From the NCBI RefSeq assembly GCF_009834535.1, contig NC_045696.1, forward strand, positions 11,224,001-11,288,000: 64,000 nt of DNA, given 5' to 3'. This stretch comes from Camelus ferus. Taxonomy: Eukaryota. Made by a program: the position numbers and the translations under genes. The stretch's first letter is position 1; the number at the start of each line of letters is the position of its first letter. Shown here in pieces: positions 13,711-27,900 of the stretch. The notes under the pieces are model-generated. The model did no database searches. It saw only the letters and a program-made list of their open reading frames with translations, and was not told the DNA's origin.

Positions 13711-14517
13711 TTATATTAAGGCAGTTCTTGCTGCTATTAAGCAACCAGTACAGCTCACTGGCTTAGATTCATTATTCGAGGGCAGAAATTGAGTGATGTC
13801 GGCCCTGAACTTACAACCCCTCTCATGCAATACACATCACCAATTAATTAAACCAAAAGAACTCCCTGTTCCAATTGAGCACACCTCCCAGCTTTTATAG
13901 GATCCCCCAAGAACCAACAAGCCAGCAGCCTCTGTTCAGACTGGAGAGGCTGTTTTGCGGGCCAAGATCCCACATGGATTGCACTCTGGGGAAATAGGGC
14001 CCCAGGGTTCACCAGCCCTTGGCTGACGACAAGGACTCCAAGTCTTCTAAGAGCACAGATGCAATCAAGAGAAACATTTCAAATATTTCGAATGAGTAGG
14101 ACTAAATGTGAGAGGAGCCCTAGAATTTAGCCTTTGAGAATTAGTTATGAAATATACCAATTTTCTAGAGTTCTTGATTCAGGTCTACACTACCAGAGTA
14201 CAGCTGGGCACTGATAGTGTAGACGGCGAACCCAGATAACTTCAGGCCCTCTGCTGGTTTTGATCCAGTGCCCCCAAGCCTGCTGGGCCTGAGGCATTTC
14301 TTGTGGACCCCTCCCTCTGAACTGAACCAAGGTGGTTCAGTTGATTGGAAAGGGAGAAATGAGCTCCAGGGTTTCCAAAGTTGGGGTGGGGTACCGGGGG
14401 GAAGATCCACTTGAAAAGACACTCTGTACGCCATGCACATAGCTGTGCACCTCCGATGTTGCTGTAGACACAGCTGTGCACATGCCACCCAGGAGTACTT
14501 GGTTAAGGGACAGTGCA

Positions 14518-14611
14518 GGGGGGCGGGTATAGCTCAGTGGTAGAACAGTGCTTACCATGCATAAAGTCCTGGGTTCCATCCCCAGTACCTCCATCAAAAA
14601 AAAAAAAAAAA
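14518..14611 (+). mobile_element. tRNA-derived SINE (Vic-1-like), short form
   Basis: ggggcgggtatagctcagtggtaga...gggttccatccccagtacctccat followed by a poly(A) tail. Confidence 0.85.
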
Positions 14612-16559
14612 TAGGACATGGAGTGTAAGGGACATGGGGATGGATTCTGGAGCCAGACTGCCTCCTTCAAATCCTGTCTCTTCCTCTTCACAGCAGTGTG
14701 GCCATGAACAAGTGACTTAGCCTCTCTCAGTGGGTTTTTCTCAGCTGTGAGATGGGCATGACCACAGCATGTGTCTGCTGGGGAGCTGGGGAGGACAAAT
14801 GGGGACAGCCAGGTACAGTACTGACAGCAGCCCTGACCGTAGGAGGTGCCCATAAATATGAGCTGTTATTGTCACCTGCCAGCAAATGTGCCTTTCCTTC
14901 CATCTCATCATCTTCTTTTCTCATTTCTCACCCTCCAACAAGCCCATCTTCTCGTCCACCTCTACTTTCACCCCATCTGTCTTAATCCATTCCATCCCTT
15001 TCTGTGCATAATGTCAACCTAGGATACATATGAATTCCTTCTATTTCTTGCCTTAACTGTTCATGTTCTCCAGCCCTCTGTTTGCCCTTATTGAAGAACC
15101 TCTAGTAAAAATCTCCCAATCTTCAGCTACCATCGTCATCCACCAGCATGCACCCACGTGCATGCACACACACAATATTTTCCAGAAAGTTGACTGGCTT
15201 ATTCAGTCTTACCCATCCAATTAGTGACTGAGTCCAGATTGGAATCAAGTCTCCCAACTCCCAGTCTAATGAGTTCCCCTTGGCACCAGGCAGTCTTCAA
15301 AAATGTGGCTCATAAAAAGCAGCTGGCAAGGAACATTGCGTTCGTAAGACACAGACATGGTTACAAGGAGGGAGAAGGGACAGGGACTCTTCAACTGGGA
15401 CTTGAAGGTCAAATGCATTGACCTAGACTAGACTATTAGCAGCAGAGACATGTGACCAAAGAGGGGTTCAGTTTCAAGGCTGAATGAGATCTGGTTGATA
15501 AGAAGATAGATACAGGATCTCTGACTTTTCAGGATGTGTCGAAGTAGAAACAATTATGCTACTAGCTCTCCCTTAATTGGGGTTGTATATATTTTTATAC
15601 TTTTAAGCAAGTATCTGACCAAGTCACTACAATTTCTTCCTAAACTTAGAAGGTTGGAAGGTTGGAGTAACGGGGATTGGCAAAATTGGCAGGTGGAGGA
15701 CAGCTGACTCAAGAGGGAAAATGGGCCCCCTCCGCCAATATCTAAATCTTCCTATTCGGCTCCTTCACGTTTAAATTCCCCATGGCCCAAGACAACTTCT
15801 CTGATCCTGCCAGGCCCCAGTGACTTACCCTCCCCTCAACTCCAATCACGCAGATTTATCACCACTACCACCCTTTAAAGAAATATTTTAAAATTGTGGT
15901 GTAACTTATAATAAATTAAACACATATGTCTTAACAGATATAGCTTGATGAATCACACATATGCGTATACACACATGTAACCATCATCCAGATCAAAATA
16001 TAGAGCATTTCAGTGCCCGAGCAGGCTTCCTCAGGTCCTTCCTGGTGGAGTCCTGTCCCCCATCCCCCCATAAACATCAAAGAAACCACTTTTCTGACCT
16101 CTGTCATCACAGATTAGTTTTGCATAGTTTTAAGCCTCACTTAGATCTAATCATGCAATACAATATATACTCTTTTGTATCTTTCTTCTCTTATTCAACA
16201 TGTTGCTTTTTTTTCCCTGTATGCTATTCCATTGTATGAATATTCTGTGGTTGATTGATTTATCCATTCTCCTGTTGATGAATACTTGGGTTCTTTCCAG
16301 TTTTTCACTATTATGAACATTCTTTTTCACATATATGGTGGACATAACTACTAATTTGTATATTGGTTATATATGAAGAGTAGGTTGATGAGCATAGCTT
16401 TGCTAGGTACTGCTAAACAGTTTTCAAAAATGTCAATACCAATAGATATATATGGTGTATTGGAAAAATGCCTGTAATTCTTCTCCTGGTACACCCAGTA
16501 ACTTTGCATTCTCTTCACATCAAAAATTGAAGCCAATTTCTCCATGTTTTTGATTTGAT

Positions 16560-16597
16560 GACTTGTTTTGTCTTTGACGACTTGTTTTGTCTTTGAC
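16560..16597. repeat. Perfect 19-bp tandem duplication inside an MLT-like LTR remnant
   Basis: gacttgttttgtctttgac occurs twice in tandem. Confidence 0.9.
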
Positions 16598-16914
16598 TAA
16601 TAGGTAGAACTGCTAAGTTGTGTAAGTTTCAGGCCAAGGACTTAAGAGGCCATCCGTGTGCCCACTGTCCCAGGCCCCTGCCCAGTCACTGTGTGAACAA
16701 GCACCGGCTAGCCTGCTGGGTGATCGGAGACATGCCACCCAGTCAACAGCCAGCTAACCCCTGGGAGTGGAGCGCCCTAGCTGACCAGCCGCTGACCATA
16801 GACCCGTGGGTGAGCACAGCCAAAATCCAAAGAGCACCAGCTGAGCCTGAATTAAATGGCTCATCTATAGAATCGTGAGATTTTGAGCTACTTGAATGGT
16901 TGTTCTTGTTTGTT

Positions 16915-17212
16915 TTTTATTTTTTTTTTTACATTTTCAAATTGAAGTATAGTTGATTTACTATGTTGTGTTGTTTCAGCTGTACAGCAAAGTGATTCAG
17001 TTATACATGTATGTATGCCTGTTCTTTTTCAGATTCTTTACCTTTGTAGGTTATTACAAGATATTGAATATGGTTCCCTGTGCTGTACAATAGGTCTTTG
17101 TTGTTTATCTCATTTATGCATAGTAGTGTGTATCTGCTAATCCCAAACTCCCAATTTATCCCTGCTTGCTCTTTCCCGTTCGGTAACCATAAGTGTGTTT
17201 TCTATGTCTGTG
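16915..17212 (-). mobile_element. L1 3' UTR fragment
   Basis: A T tract followed by ttgaagtatagttgattta..., the reverse complement of the L1 3' ends seen near 10800 and 35940. Confidence 0.88.
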
Positions 17213-17281
17213 ATATATAACCTTTTTAAAATTGAGGAATTATAGACAAATTTACTTTTTCTTATTTTCTTTCCTTCCTTC

Positions 17282-17735
17282 TGTATTAAAGTTCTCAAGA
17301 TACAGAGCCAATAGGAGGAGATATATATATGTATATACATACATACACACACGAATTCTCAGCTTTCATAATTGTATAAGCCAATTTCTTATAATCAATT
17401 TCATTGCAAATACACATACTATAATATATGTGTATATATGTGTGCGTGTATAAATATATGTACATATCTCAGTGTGTGCAAGCAGTTCAAGTCTGAGGGC
17501 TTGAGAACGAGGCAGAGAAAGACTGATATTCAGTCAGGTAGAGACAGAATTCAATTTTTTATTCTATTCAGGCTCTCAAAGGATTGAAGGGTGCCCACCA
17601 AGTTGGGGAGGGTCATCTGCTTTACTGAGTCCACTGATTCAAATGCTAATGTCTTCTGGAAACCCTCACAGACACTCCCAGAAATAGTGTTAATGAGATA
17701 TCAGGGCATCTGGTGATGCAGTTAAGTTGATAACT
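17282..17735 (-). mobile_element. ERVL LTR (MLT2-like)
   Basis: tgtattaaagttctc..agagccaatagga...tgctttactgagtccactgattcaaatgctaat...aagttgataac. Confidence 0.65.
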
Positions 17736-18396
17736 TCACCCCTCCCTTCTTCTCTTCCCTCCCTCCCTCCCTTTCTTCCTTGATACACTTTCCAATTGAA
17801 CATAATTTTAATTTCATTAGTTTGGAATTTTCACTTCTAACAAACTACTGATTGTTAAAATGAATTTTCTGCTCTGGTAATAATCTTAACTTTTAAGTAC
17901 CCACAAAAGTGCCCTGGTAGAAAAACTGATTAAAAAATTATTTTCCCCCTTGACATAAGTAAGAACTAATACTTCCATCAAGGTCAACTCTCTGAGATAA
18001 TAATGACATGTCTATCTTAACAAATACCTCGAAGACCTTGACGTTTGGCATTGGTTTTTGTCTCACTTTAATTTATAACCCAAAACTTGAAGGTGACGTT
18101 GTTTTTCCTTCAGTGTTTTCTTTATAGGAAATGCGCACAGTCATTAGGCTATCACTGTGACCAGAGATGGAGTACGGGGGGTGGGGGGGGGGAGGAGACA
18201 GGAAGGGAAGAGAGGCGGGAACAAAGGTTTACTGAGCAATGGCCTGAGCTGTCCACTGTGCTCAGTGCTTTCTGTGAATCTCACAGTACTCTGCTCAGGT
18301 GTCAGGAGCCCCGTTTTCCAGGCGGAGAGCTGGGATCCAGTCAGGTGGGGCAGCCTCCGTGCTCCGCCCAGTACACCTGGGATGTGCAAACTGGGA

Positions 18397-18885
18397 TGTA
18401 TTTGTCCTATGGCTACCATAACAAATTACCACAGATTTGGTGGCTTAAAACATCACAGATGTATTATTTTACAGTCCTAGAAGTCAGAAATCCAAAATGA
18501 GTTACGCGGTGAAAATCAAGGTGTTGCCAGGATGGTTTCCTTCTGGTGGCCCTGGGGGAGAACCTGTTTCCTGGCCTTTTCCAGCTTCTGGAGGCTGTCT
18601 TCATTCCTTGGCTCCTGTTCCCACCACACTTTTTCCCCCCCTCTCAATTCCTTTGTCATATCTCCTTCTTCTGTAGTCAAATCTCTCTTCTTATTTCTTA
18701 TAAAGATATTTATGATGGCATTGTGTCCACCCGGATAATCTAGGGTAATCTCACCATCTCAAAATCCTTAATTTGACATCCTTAAGGGACATCTGCAAAG
18801 TCGCTTTTGCCATAGGAAGTAATACTCACAGGTTCCCAGGATTAGGATGTGGATATTTGGAGGGAGCTATTATTCAGCCTACCAC
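18397..18885 (-). mobile_element. MaLR LTR (MLT1D/E-like)
   Basis: tgtatt..ctatggctaccataacaaattaccacag...atctgcaaagtc...attcagcctaccac. Confidence 0.75.
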
Positions 18886-18990
18886 GTGGGGCAATGTCAT
18901 GTTGTGGGTATACAAATCCTCAAAGTAAACACAGCAATTCTCTCTGGGGTATCCATTTTTGGCAAAGATTTTTGGTAAAAAGTTACATTT

Positions 18991-19141
18991 AAAAAATGTA
19001 TTTATTTTTGTTATTTTTCTGGGGGGGAGGTAATTAGGTTTATTTATTTATGTTTAGAAGAGGTAGGTACTGGGGATTGAACCCAGGATCTCATGTAGGC
19101 TTAGCATGTGCTCTACTACTTGAGCTATACTCACACCCCCC
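18991..19141 (-). mobile_element. tRNA-derived SINE (Vic-1-like), long-tail form
   Basis: Reverse-complement SINE head plus the aaataaacctaattacctcccc tail; 13-bp TSD aaaagttacattt at 18978-18990 and 19142-19154. Confidence 0.9.
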
Positions 19142-19305
19142 AAAAGTTACATTTTAATGTTGAAACAAGCATCGGTATATAACAGAGTATATGCAAAATT
19201 TGCATGATTCTTTTAAAATAAATTTTTATCATAGACAATTTCAAACGTTTGCCAAAGCAGCAAGAATGGTACTATAAAACTTCCTGTAACCATCATTCAA
19301 CTTCA

Positions 19306-20757
19306 GAGGGTTGAGGTGGAGGTGGGAGTGGGGGTGGGGAGATTGTCCCCTTCCCTTAGCCCTCCAGCCATGGCAGCTGCAACCCGACCCCCCCAGTGAG
19401 CCAAGCTGTGTCAGTGTCAGCGGCGAGAGCCCCTCCCCACCACACACACACCAGAAGACCAGTAGTCACCTCTTCCCACTGTCTCGCCTTGGCGACCTAC
19501 GGACAGAACTGCCGATGTGTATTCCTTCATCTTACGCTGACCTTGGCAAAGCTGCCAGAGATATTTTCAACAAACAATTTGTTCTGGGGTTGGTGAAATT
19601 GGATATGAAAAAAAAGTCAAGCAGTGGCATGGAATTCTCAACATCTGGTTCATCCAATACAGACACTGGTAAAGTTACTGGGATCTTGGAGACCAAAAAT
19701 AAATGGTGGGAGTATGGCCTGACTTTCACAGAAAAGTGGAAGACTGATAACACTCAGGGAACGAAAACCACCATCAGAGACCAGATCTGCAAGGTTTGGA
19801 ACCGACACTTGATACCACCTTTTCACCAAACGCGGGAAAGAAACACGATGACATCAAGTCGTCTTACAAGAGGGAGTACATAAACCTTGGTTGTGATGTT
19901 GACTTTGGCTTTGCTGGACCTGCCATCTATGGTTCAGCTGTCTTTGGTTATAAAGGCTGGCTTGCTGGGTACCAGATGACCTTGGGCAGTGCCAAATAAA
20001 AGCCGACAAGGAATCACTTTGCAGTGGGCTACAGGAGTGGACATTTCCAGCTACACAGTAATGTCAATGGTGGGACAGGATTTGGAGGATCAGTTTATCA
20101 GAAAGTATGTCAAGATCTTGACACTTCAATAAACCCTGCTTGGACATCAGGGACCAACTGCTCTGGCTTTGGCATTGCAGCTGAGTATGAGTTGGTTCCC
20201 ACTGCTTTCATTTCCGCAAAAGTCAACAACTCTAGTTTAATTGGAGTGGGCTTTGCTCAGACTCTGAGGTCTGGTGTGAAGCTGACACTGTGCTGGCAAG
20301 ACGGAAGAGCCTATAAACCTGAGCTCGCCCTGGAGCTGGATCCAGCTGAAATCCAGCTGAAATAAAACCTCTGGGAATGGCTATCAGAAGATTTGGCCTT
20401 AATATATTCCAGTGTGACCAACAGGCTTCCCCCACCACACCCAAGAAGGTGATCAAAACAAAAGATGATCTAGATAAGAGCTGTATTTTAAATATTTATT
20501 TTATTTTTTATTATATATTTTGTATTGACGTGTAGTCGAAGCACAATGTTAGTTTCAGGTGTATAGCAAAGCAATTCAGTTATATATAGTATTTTAAATT
20601 TTTAGATTGTTACTTGTTAGCTGGTTTCTAGTTGAATCGGTTACCTAGTTACTAACGCTACAGCCATGCAGTCACTGTACGTTGTTTAAATGTATTTAAC
20701 TGTTAAATGGGCTACCCACCAATACTGAAATAGAACTTTATGAAAAATGAAAAAAAA
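19306..20757 (+). pseudogene. VDAC2: VDAC2 processed pseudogene (retrocopy) with 5' UTR, CDS remnant, 3' UTR and poly(A)
   Basis: Intronless VDAC2-like peptides: (TTG at 19489) [95 protein letters not shown]. Disablements are the lost ATG, a small 5' deletion, a frameshift near 19790, a TAA at 19997-19999 and C-terminal deletions. A-tail to 20757; 14-bp TSD atca(t/c)tcaacttca at 19292-19305 and 20758-20771. Confidence 0.95.
20499..20588 (-). mobile_element. About 90-bp 5'-truncated L1 tail inserted into the VDAC2 pseudogene 3' UTR
   Basis: T-rich tract plus tattgacgtgtagtcgaagcacaatgttagtttcaggtgtatagcaaagcaattcagt; 16-bp TSD gtattttaaat(a/t)ttta at 20483-20498 and 20589-20604. Confidence 0.8.
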
Positions 20758-21587
20758 ATCACTCAACTTCAACAACCCTCAAGTTGTGAGTAATTTAATT
20801 TCATCCATACATCCATCCACTCTCCCCATTCTGGACGACTGCGAAGCAAATTCTGAATATGTCATTTCATCTGTATAAATATTTCAGTACCTATCTCTGA
20901 AGGAGGATTTTTTCAAAAATAAAACCATAATACTATTATCTCACCTAAACATTAATAATAGTTAATTGCATCAACTATCTAGTCAATGTTAAAAACTGCC
21001 CAGTTTGTCTCATAATTTCTTTTATAATGAATTTGTTCAAAGCGGGAGCAAGTAAGTTAAGTGTGTTGGCAATTGGTTGAAATGACTCTGAAGTCCTGCT
21101 AAATTTATAGGTTTCCTCCCCTTCCTACTCTTTTTTTCTTCAATTTGGGATTTATTTATGCAGGAAATGAGTTATTCACCCTGAAGAGTCTGCCAATTGG
21201 ATCCCATGTGGTGTTAGTCATGTTTCCCATTCCCTGCATTTCCAGGAAAGTGAAGTTAGATTTAGAGGCTGGATCAGATTTATATTCTTTTTGGGGGGGG
21301 GAGGGGGCAAGAATACCTCATAGGTGGTGTGGTGTCTTATCCTTAAGGGACACGTAATGTCTGGTTAGGGTTAGAGTCTCTTTTTGTGTGATGTTATCAG
21401 CCAGGGATGATCATGGCTGAGATCCTTTAATGTGTTAAGCAGGGTAAAATGGTGATTTCTTTATTCCATCATTCCTTCTTCATTTATAAACTACCATCCT
21501 TCTAAAAAAAAAAGGAAAAAAAATCTTTCTTCAAGAACTATTTGGTTACCTGTGGTACTGTTCATAATAAGGTGGGATAAATGTTTG

Positions 21588-21851
<264 letters not shown>

Positions 21852-24780
21852 TGCCAGTTTTCAAAATAAGAGTTGGGTTTTCTGGCATCTTCCAACAGTG
21901 GACATTGAGGGTTTTTTTTGTTTTTGTTTTTGTTTTTAATCATCATGGGCTCATGCAATTAAACCTATTTGTGTGCTCCAATCCATTGGATTATCACCAC
22001 TATCTTTACTGATGCCCAGATTACCTCATATTTGGACAGTGAGAGCCTCTTCATGTTGGTTACAGTAGTAGTTGCTTTGTTTTGGTTTTTATAACTTACT
22101 TGCTTTCTAGAATGATAAGATGTTTCAGGATCATTTTGTGCATTTCTTACCGCTGATTCTGGATTCAGCCATTTCTCCAAGTACTACTGATTTCTTTAAG
22201 TAGGAAATATTTAGCTATCATAATCCGGGTGCTAATGATGCTTATTATTGCTGGGTTGGTTACAATGTTCAGGCCTATTCAATGTAGAGAGCTAGTAAAT
22301 ATTTATTTTTTTGAGATAAAAAACATCATAAGTTCATACTGATACTTTAAAATTCAAAGTCACCTCCTTAGAAGTTTTACTTAACCTTATCTTTCTAACC
22401 TGTATCTCTTTTTTCCAAAACTTAAAATCCTATTCCCAATAATAATAATGTAATTACTCAATATATAATCCACACACAGACTCAGAATAATAATATTAAT
22501 TTCAACAACAAGAACATGATTACTGAAAATCATTTAAGATCTTTTGGCGGGGAGCCAGGGTTTTTGTTTTTTTTTTTTTTCCTGGTGCTGAGAATATCTC
22601 CTAGAAGATATGTATTGTCAATTTCATGTTTTAAAGTCACTTGAAATAGTTCTTCTCTAAGAAGTTTTGCCATCACTAAATATGTTAAATATTTCAGTGT
22701 TTAGAGATTGCTTTTTAAATTTTTGTAATTAATATAATATGATTTTATAATTATGTAATATTTATATGATTCCAAAGTCAAACCTACAAAATAAAGTATT
22801 AGAGCTGTAGCTTCTAATCTTCTCTCTTCCTGTCACTCTCCACCCAAGTAAGCACTTACAAGACGTTTTTGGTTTATCTTTCAATTTAAAAAATATGAGT
22901 AAATGTGTGTATATACTTAGTCTTTCCCTTTCCCTCTTTTTAGATGTGCAATAGCAAATCACATCTTTTTTCACACCTTGCTTTTTTCACTTAGTTTATT
23001 CTGGGGACCTCTCTGGGGCATGTAGAGATATTTCTGTTTCTTTTTTACAGATACACAGTGCCGCCTCTGTGTGGATATATTACAGCCCATCCATCCAGTT
23101 CCCAGCTGGCGGCTGTTTGGGTTGTTTTCAGTCTTTGCTATTGCAGACAGTGCGGCAATGCCTTGAGTTCATGTTTTTAATCTTATTTTTGGAGTTGGTT
23201 CCTGAAAGTGAGTGAGACTTCTGTGCCAAAGGATACATACGTATGTAATTGTGTTACAGACTGCCCAGTTCCTTTCTATAGAGGTTATAATGTCTTGTAT
23301 TCCTATCAGCAGTGGAGGAAACTACCTGTTTTCCCCAACAATAGTCTAGGCAACAGATTACGTGGTTAAACTTCTGGATTTTATCAAACTGATAGGTGAG
23401 CTACTGGTTTTCAGTGTAGTTTAAAAATAACACTGGTAGAGAATCTTTTCAATTATTAAATATCTACTTTTCTTGAACTGTGACCTTGTATCTCACATTT
23501 CTTGTTGCAGCACATTTCTGCATAAGAAAGGATATGTTTAAGATTTTTGAAGTTTAGTTATGTCTGTAAATGTCAACTGCACATGGATCATGATTCAAGT
23601 GGATACATAATTCTAGTCTGAAAACTATTTGCCCTCTGAATTTTGAGATTTCCAGCTTCCAAAGTTGAGTGGCTGATGAGAAATCTAACATCACTCTGAT
23701 TCTTGGAGTTTTTTTCTCTGAAACTTCGGGATCTTTTCTGAAGGTTGGAATTCTGGTCTTTACCATGCTAAGTCTTGCTATGAGATTATTTCATTCTTTG
23801 TGCTGGGCAAGTGGTACATCCTTTCCATATGAAGAGTCACCTCTTTCGGCTTTGAGAAATACATTGTATTATTCCTTTGATGATTTGGTCTCCTTTATTT
23901 GGTCTTTCCTGTCTGTTTGAACCACCTGTCAGACGTTGCACCTCCTGGACTGACTGCTTCTGTCCCTTATAGTTCTTCCTAATTTTTATGTTTCTTAGTT
24001 ATTTTATTCTCCTTTTATGTGAATTTTCTTAAATGTTATCTTCCAATCCTTCTGCCATGGATGCAAGATTGCCTCAAATCTCTTTAAAGATACATAACTT
24101 ATATCTTTGATATTTAAGATCTCTCTAGTATTATTCCAGATTCAGGAGTCACAATTTTCACTTTTGGATCAGTCTGTGTTGAGTTTAGGTGTTTGGTACA
24201 GGTATTAAAAACTATTATTCCCTAATCAAGACCTTCCTCTGGTTATACACAAAAAAGATGGAAAGAACTAGGAAGAAACAAAGGCATGCTTGGAAAGGAA
24301 ATGAAGGGCTGACTTTAGAATTTTATACTGGAAATACATTCTTCCCTTACGTCATATTGCAATTCTCTAGAGTTAGCCTCTTGAGGGACCATATTTTGAA
24401 AACTACAAGGCATTATCAAATATACGGTGTTATAGTTCAACAATTTGGTGTAGTGGTGTGACCACTGTCCTCAGGGTTGAGAGACTGAGGCTCTGGATCA
24501 GAATCTGTGTATTAGTCAGGATTCTTGCTGGTAAGTGACAGAAACCCAATTCTAACTAGCTAAACACCAGCAGTGTTTGATGGGGACATACTGTGAGGGG
24601 CACCCACAGAACTGGAGGGACCGCAGAGGGAGCAGGGATGCTGCTGTTACTCCACCTCACCTCTGGTTCTGAGGATCAGTGTCCTGCCAGGCTATTCCCC
24701 ATGGCTGGGGACATGACTGATGACAGTTCTGTGGTCATGATTCAAGAGGGAAGGGTGAGCAGAGGACTCTCCCTCCAAGC

Positions 24781-24936
24781 TTTTTAAAAAAATTATTTTA
24801 TTTTATGGGAGGGAGGTCATTAGGTCTATTCATTTATTTATTATTCGTTTTTTTTTTAATGGAGGTACTGGGTATTGAACCCACGACCTCTGCATGCTAA
24901 GCATGTGCTCTACCACTTGAGCTATACCCTCTCCCC
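24781..24936 (-). mobile_element. tRNA-derived SINE (Vic-1-like), long-tail form
   Basis: ggaggtactgggtattgaaccc...gcatgtgctctaccacttgagctataccctctcccc is the reverse complement of the shared consensus. Confidence 0.85.
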
Positions 24937-27900
24937 ATTGGCCTTGAAGCTTTGACATGAAAAGTTCCAAGGATGGACCTGGATAGGCTCTCATTCTGAT
25001 ACCTGCTCAGCTAGAGCCAATCTCTGTGGCCAGGCAGATGGTGGCTAAGACTGACCCAAGCCCACCTCTGGGATGGGGTGGCAGTGGGGAAAGTCCTTCA
25101 GGATGGGAAGCCCCACCACAGCCACATTGTTGGAGTAGGGGAGGGGGGACAGTTTTCCCAAGAAGAGGGGATGGTGCTGGACATCGAACAGCCCAGACAT
25201 CCACCAGTCTCTTCCACTAACTGGATCCTTGATTTCTGAACCAAACCAGATCTCAGCTTTTCTATTTGTAGAGTAAGATGGGCAGGTGAAGCATCTCTGT
25301 GATTCTTTACCAGCACAAACACATGATTCTGCTGAAAAAAAATCACAAGTTCTTCTCCTATTCTTTTTAAACTTGCATGAGAATTAAATATCTCTGTTCA
25401 AGACCAGAAAATCGTGATTCCACACACTAACTAAGAGGGGGAAACAGCTATTTAAAGAGCATCCTGCCTCTGAGGATTTTTAAGAAGGTGAAGCATATTC
25501 CTGTAGTTATTGTCTCACCCCTGGACCACAGATATAAATATCAACCACACTATTCCCACACTGTGTTTTATCCCCCTGGAAAGGCTCTGGTTGTAGCAGA
25601 AGGTCTTTGGGGGCTGAGTGTGTGGCATGGCTTTCTCTTGGTACCAGCTGGTTGGGGAGGGCGGTGCAAGTGCTCTTTGGCTCCCAGACATCACTCTACC
25701 ATTAAGAGTTGGACCAAAAGCTCTTCAAATGCAGCTGCAGCCAGCTCTCTAAATACTAAAGGAGTCAGCTGACTGACTCCAAGCACCTGTAATCACACCT
25801 CATTGTTATTCTGTGTGTACATGTAAGGAAGAAGTGTGCAATTAACATCCAGTTCATGATTGTCATCAGAAGCTATTAATTTCTGATCTTCCCCAATTGC
25901 CAGAGCATTTTTTTAAAAAAAACTATATATTTTTTCCAGACCAAGTGTCAAGGTCTCATTCACTTCTTCTCCCATTTTTCCTGTCCCTTCTTTCCCCTAG
26001 TTTTATTTTCTTACTTTGTCTCTCTTTTTCTAGTGCTAGCTATAGATATTAAATGAGATTAGCATCTGTTTGTTAATTACTCCAAGGCTTTTGAACCCAG
26101 CCAGATATGCGAGTTGAATTAGGTAGTCTGAGTAACTGGTATGTTGGGCAAGATGGGCTGAAAGACAGAATCAAAACAGAACCTTATTTTGAATTTTGCT
26201 CCCTACTGTGCCCTTAGAGCTCATTAAGTGGGGACAGCCTTTGTGTGCCCCTCGGGGAGAACAAGGACACTCTGTGTGTGGGGTCCCTTTCCTTTGCCCC
26301 TCCAGGTCCACTCTCCACCCCGATGTGTATGGATCCTATCCACATGCTTCGTGCCCTCTGCATTCCAGTTGAATTTGAGCAATGGGGAGCTCCAGCAGGA
26401 AACTGGAGGGAGGGATGAGAACAAGGTCAAGGAATTTAAACTCCAGTGTCCTTCCCTGTGAGGTCACCTCACCTGGCTGCATCCCTTGATGGAAGGGTGA
26501 TCCTCTGCTGGTGCTCTGCTCTTCACAACTCTCTCTCCCTCCCAGTTCTAGTAACCTCTCTCTCCCTGTGCGTTAGGGAGGGGTGGTGTCAGCTCTGTGC
26601 TATTAACCTGGGTGCCTGTAACCTCTTGAGGCTCCCCTGTGTGCAGTCTTCACCTTCGTTATTTGACACTTTGTAAGGAAACCCTCCCCCTATTATTGGA
26701 ATTTGAGTGCACCCCCTTAGGGAGTAGACAAATTGGCAGGCACTTAAGTTGTGAACAGAATTTCAATGATAAAATGACAGTATTCAGCCCAAGATATTAA
26801 TCAACACTGCAATCTTCACTCCAGGATAAGAATCATCCTCCTTCCCCAGGGAGGATGTGGAGGTGGGCGCCTGCCTCTAATGGGGGCAGGACATGTGGCT
26901 GGCTCTGCTCTCTTTAACACCCCCAGCCCCCATTCCCACTCCCTGCTGATGCCATTCCTAGACTGAAATGGGGACAAAGGAGAGAGGACAGTTTCACTTG
27001 AACTGGTTCTGTCATAACCTGGTTTTGAACTCTCCTGGCATGGTTAGAACCAACTCTCTCTCCTGGCCCCTCAGAAACTTCCTGCACTCCTACCCCCAGC
27101 TGCACACCCATGACCAAGAAGGTCTCCCCTCTGACTGGTGGTCCCCTCTGCCCTGGTTTTCCAGGGTCCTTTTCACACTTGGATGCTGCCTGATAGAGAA
27201 TCTTCATCCTTCTGGCCTATCTTTTTGGGCAGAACTTAAGATTCTAGGTGATCTTCCCACCATCAAAGTTCATATCTGGTTGACAATCTACCTGGCTCAG
27301 CTTTGTTGTGCCCCCTAGTTAGCTCAACAGCTTGATTCTCCTGCTGGTCACTGTGTCTGCCATCACCTGGGGACACATGGGCTCTGGAAATGGTTCCTTG
27401 AAGTCTCCTTTCAGCCAGATTGAAGCAAGGGAGCAGATACACTTCACCTTCTCTATTGGGAGGAGGACTGAAACTCACAACCCAGCCAGTCTCCAAAGAA
27501 AACCTTACGAAGTCATCCCTGACACCACTTTCTCCAGTCTCTAATATTCCTTAAATATGGGAGGAGGTTTAAGGGCAGGAGGGAATTCATTCTCCAATAT
27601 CTGCTCTGCAGACTCCTCCAGGGGCAGCAGGTAGGGTAGGGGTGGGGGAAACAATTGTTCTCATACACACTTTGGTAAGTCATCCTTACCACATCTTGGA
27701 GTCTCAGTCAAAACCTCAACTGGAACAGAACTGGAACAGTGTGTTCTGTATGCTTTTCATTGCTAGTAAAAAGAAACACAACAAAACCGTTCAAACTGGC
27801 TTCCACAATAAAGAGAATCTGTGAATTCACATATGTGAAAAAAGTCCAGAGATCAGATGCTCCATTTCTCTGTAGTTCTCAGTTTTGCCCTTCTCCAGGG

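Noticed and set aside
19311..19883. 190-aa ORF suggesting a functional N-terminally extended VDAC2 retrogene
   Set aside because: It starts at TTG in the former 5' UTR and leaves the VDAC2 frame near 19790. Downstream there is an in-frame stop (19997) and further deletions, so an intact beta-barrel cannot be made.
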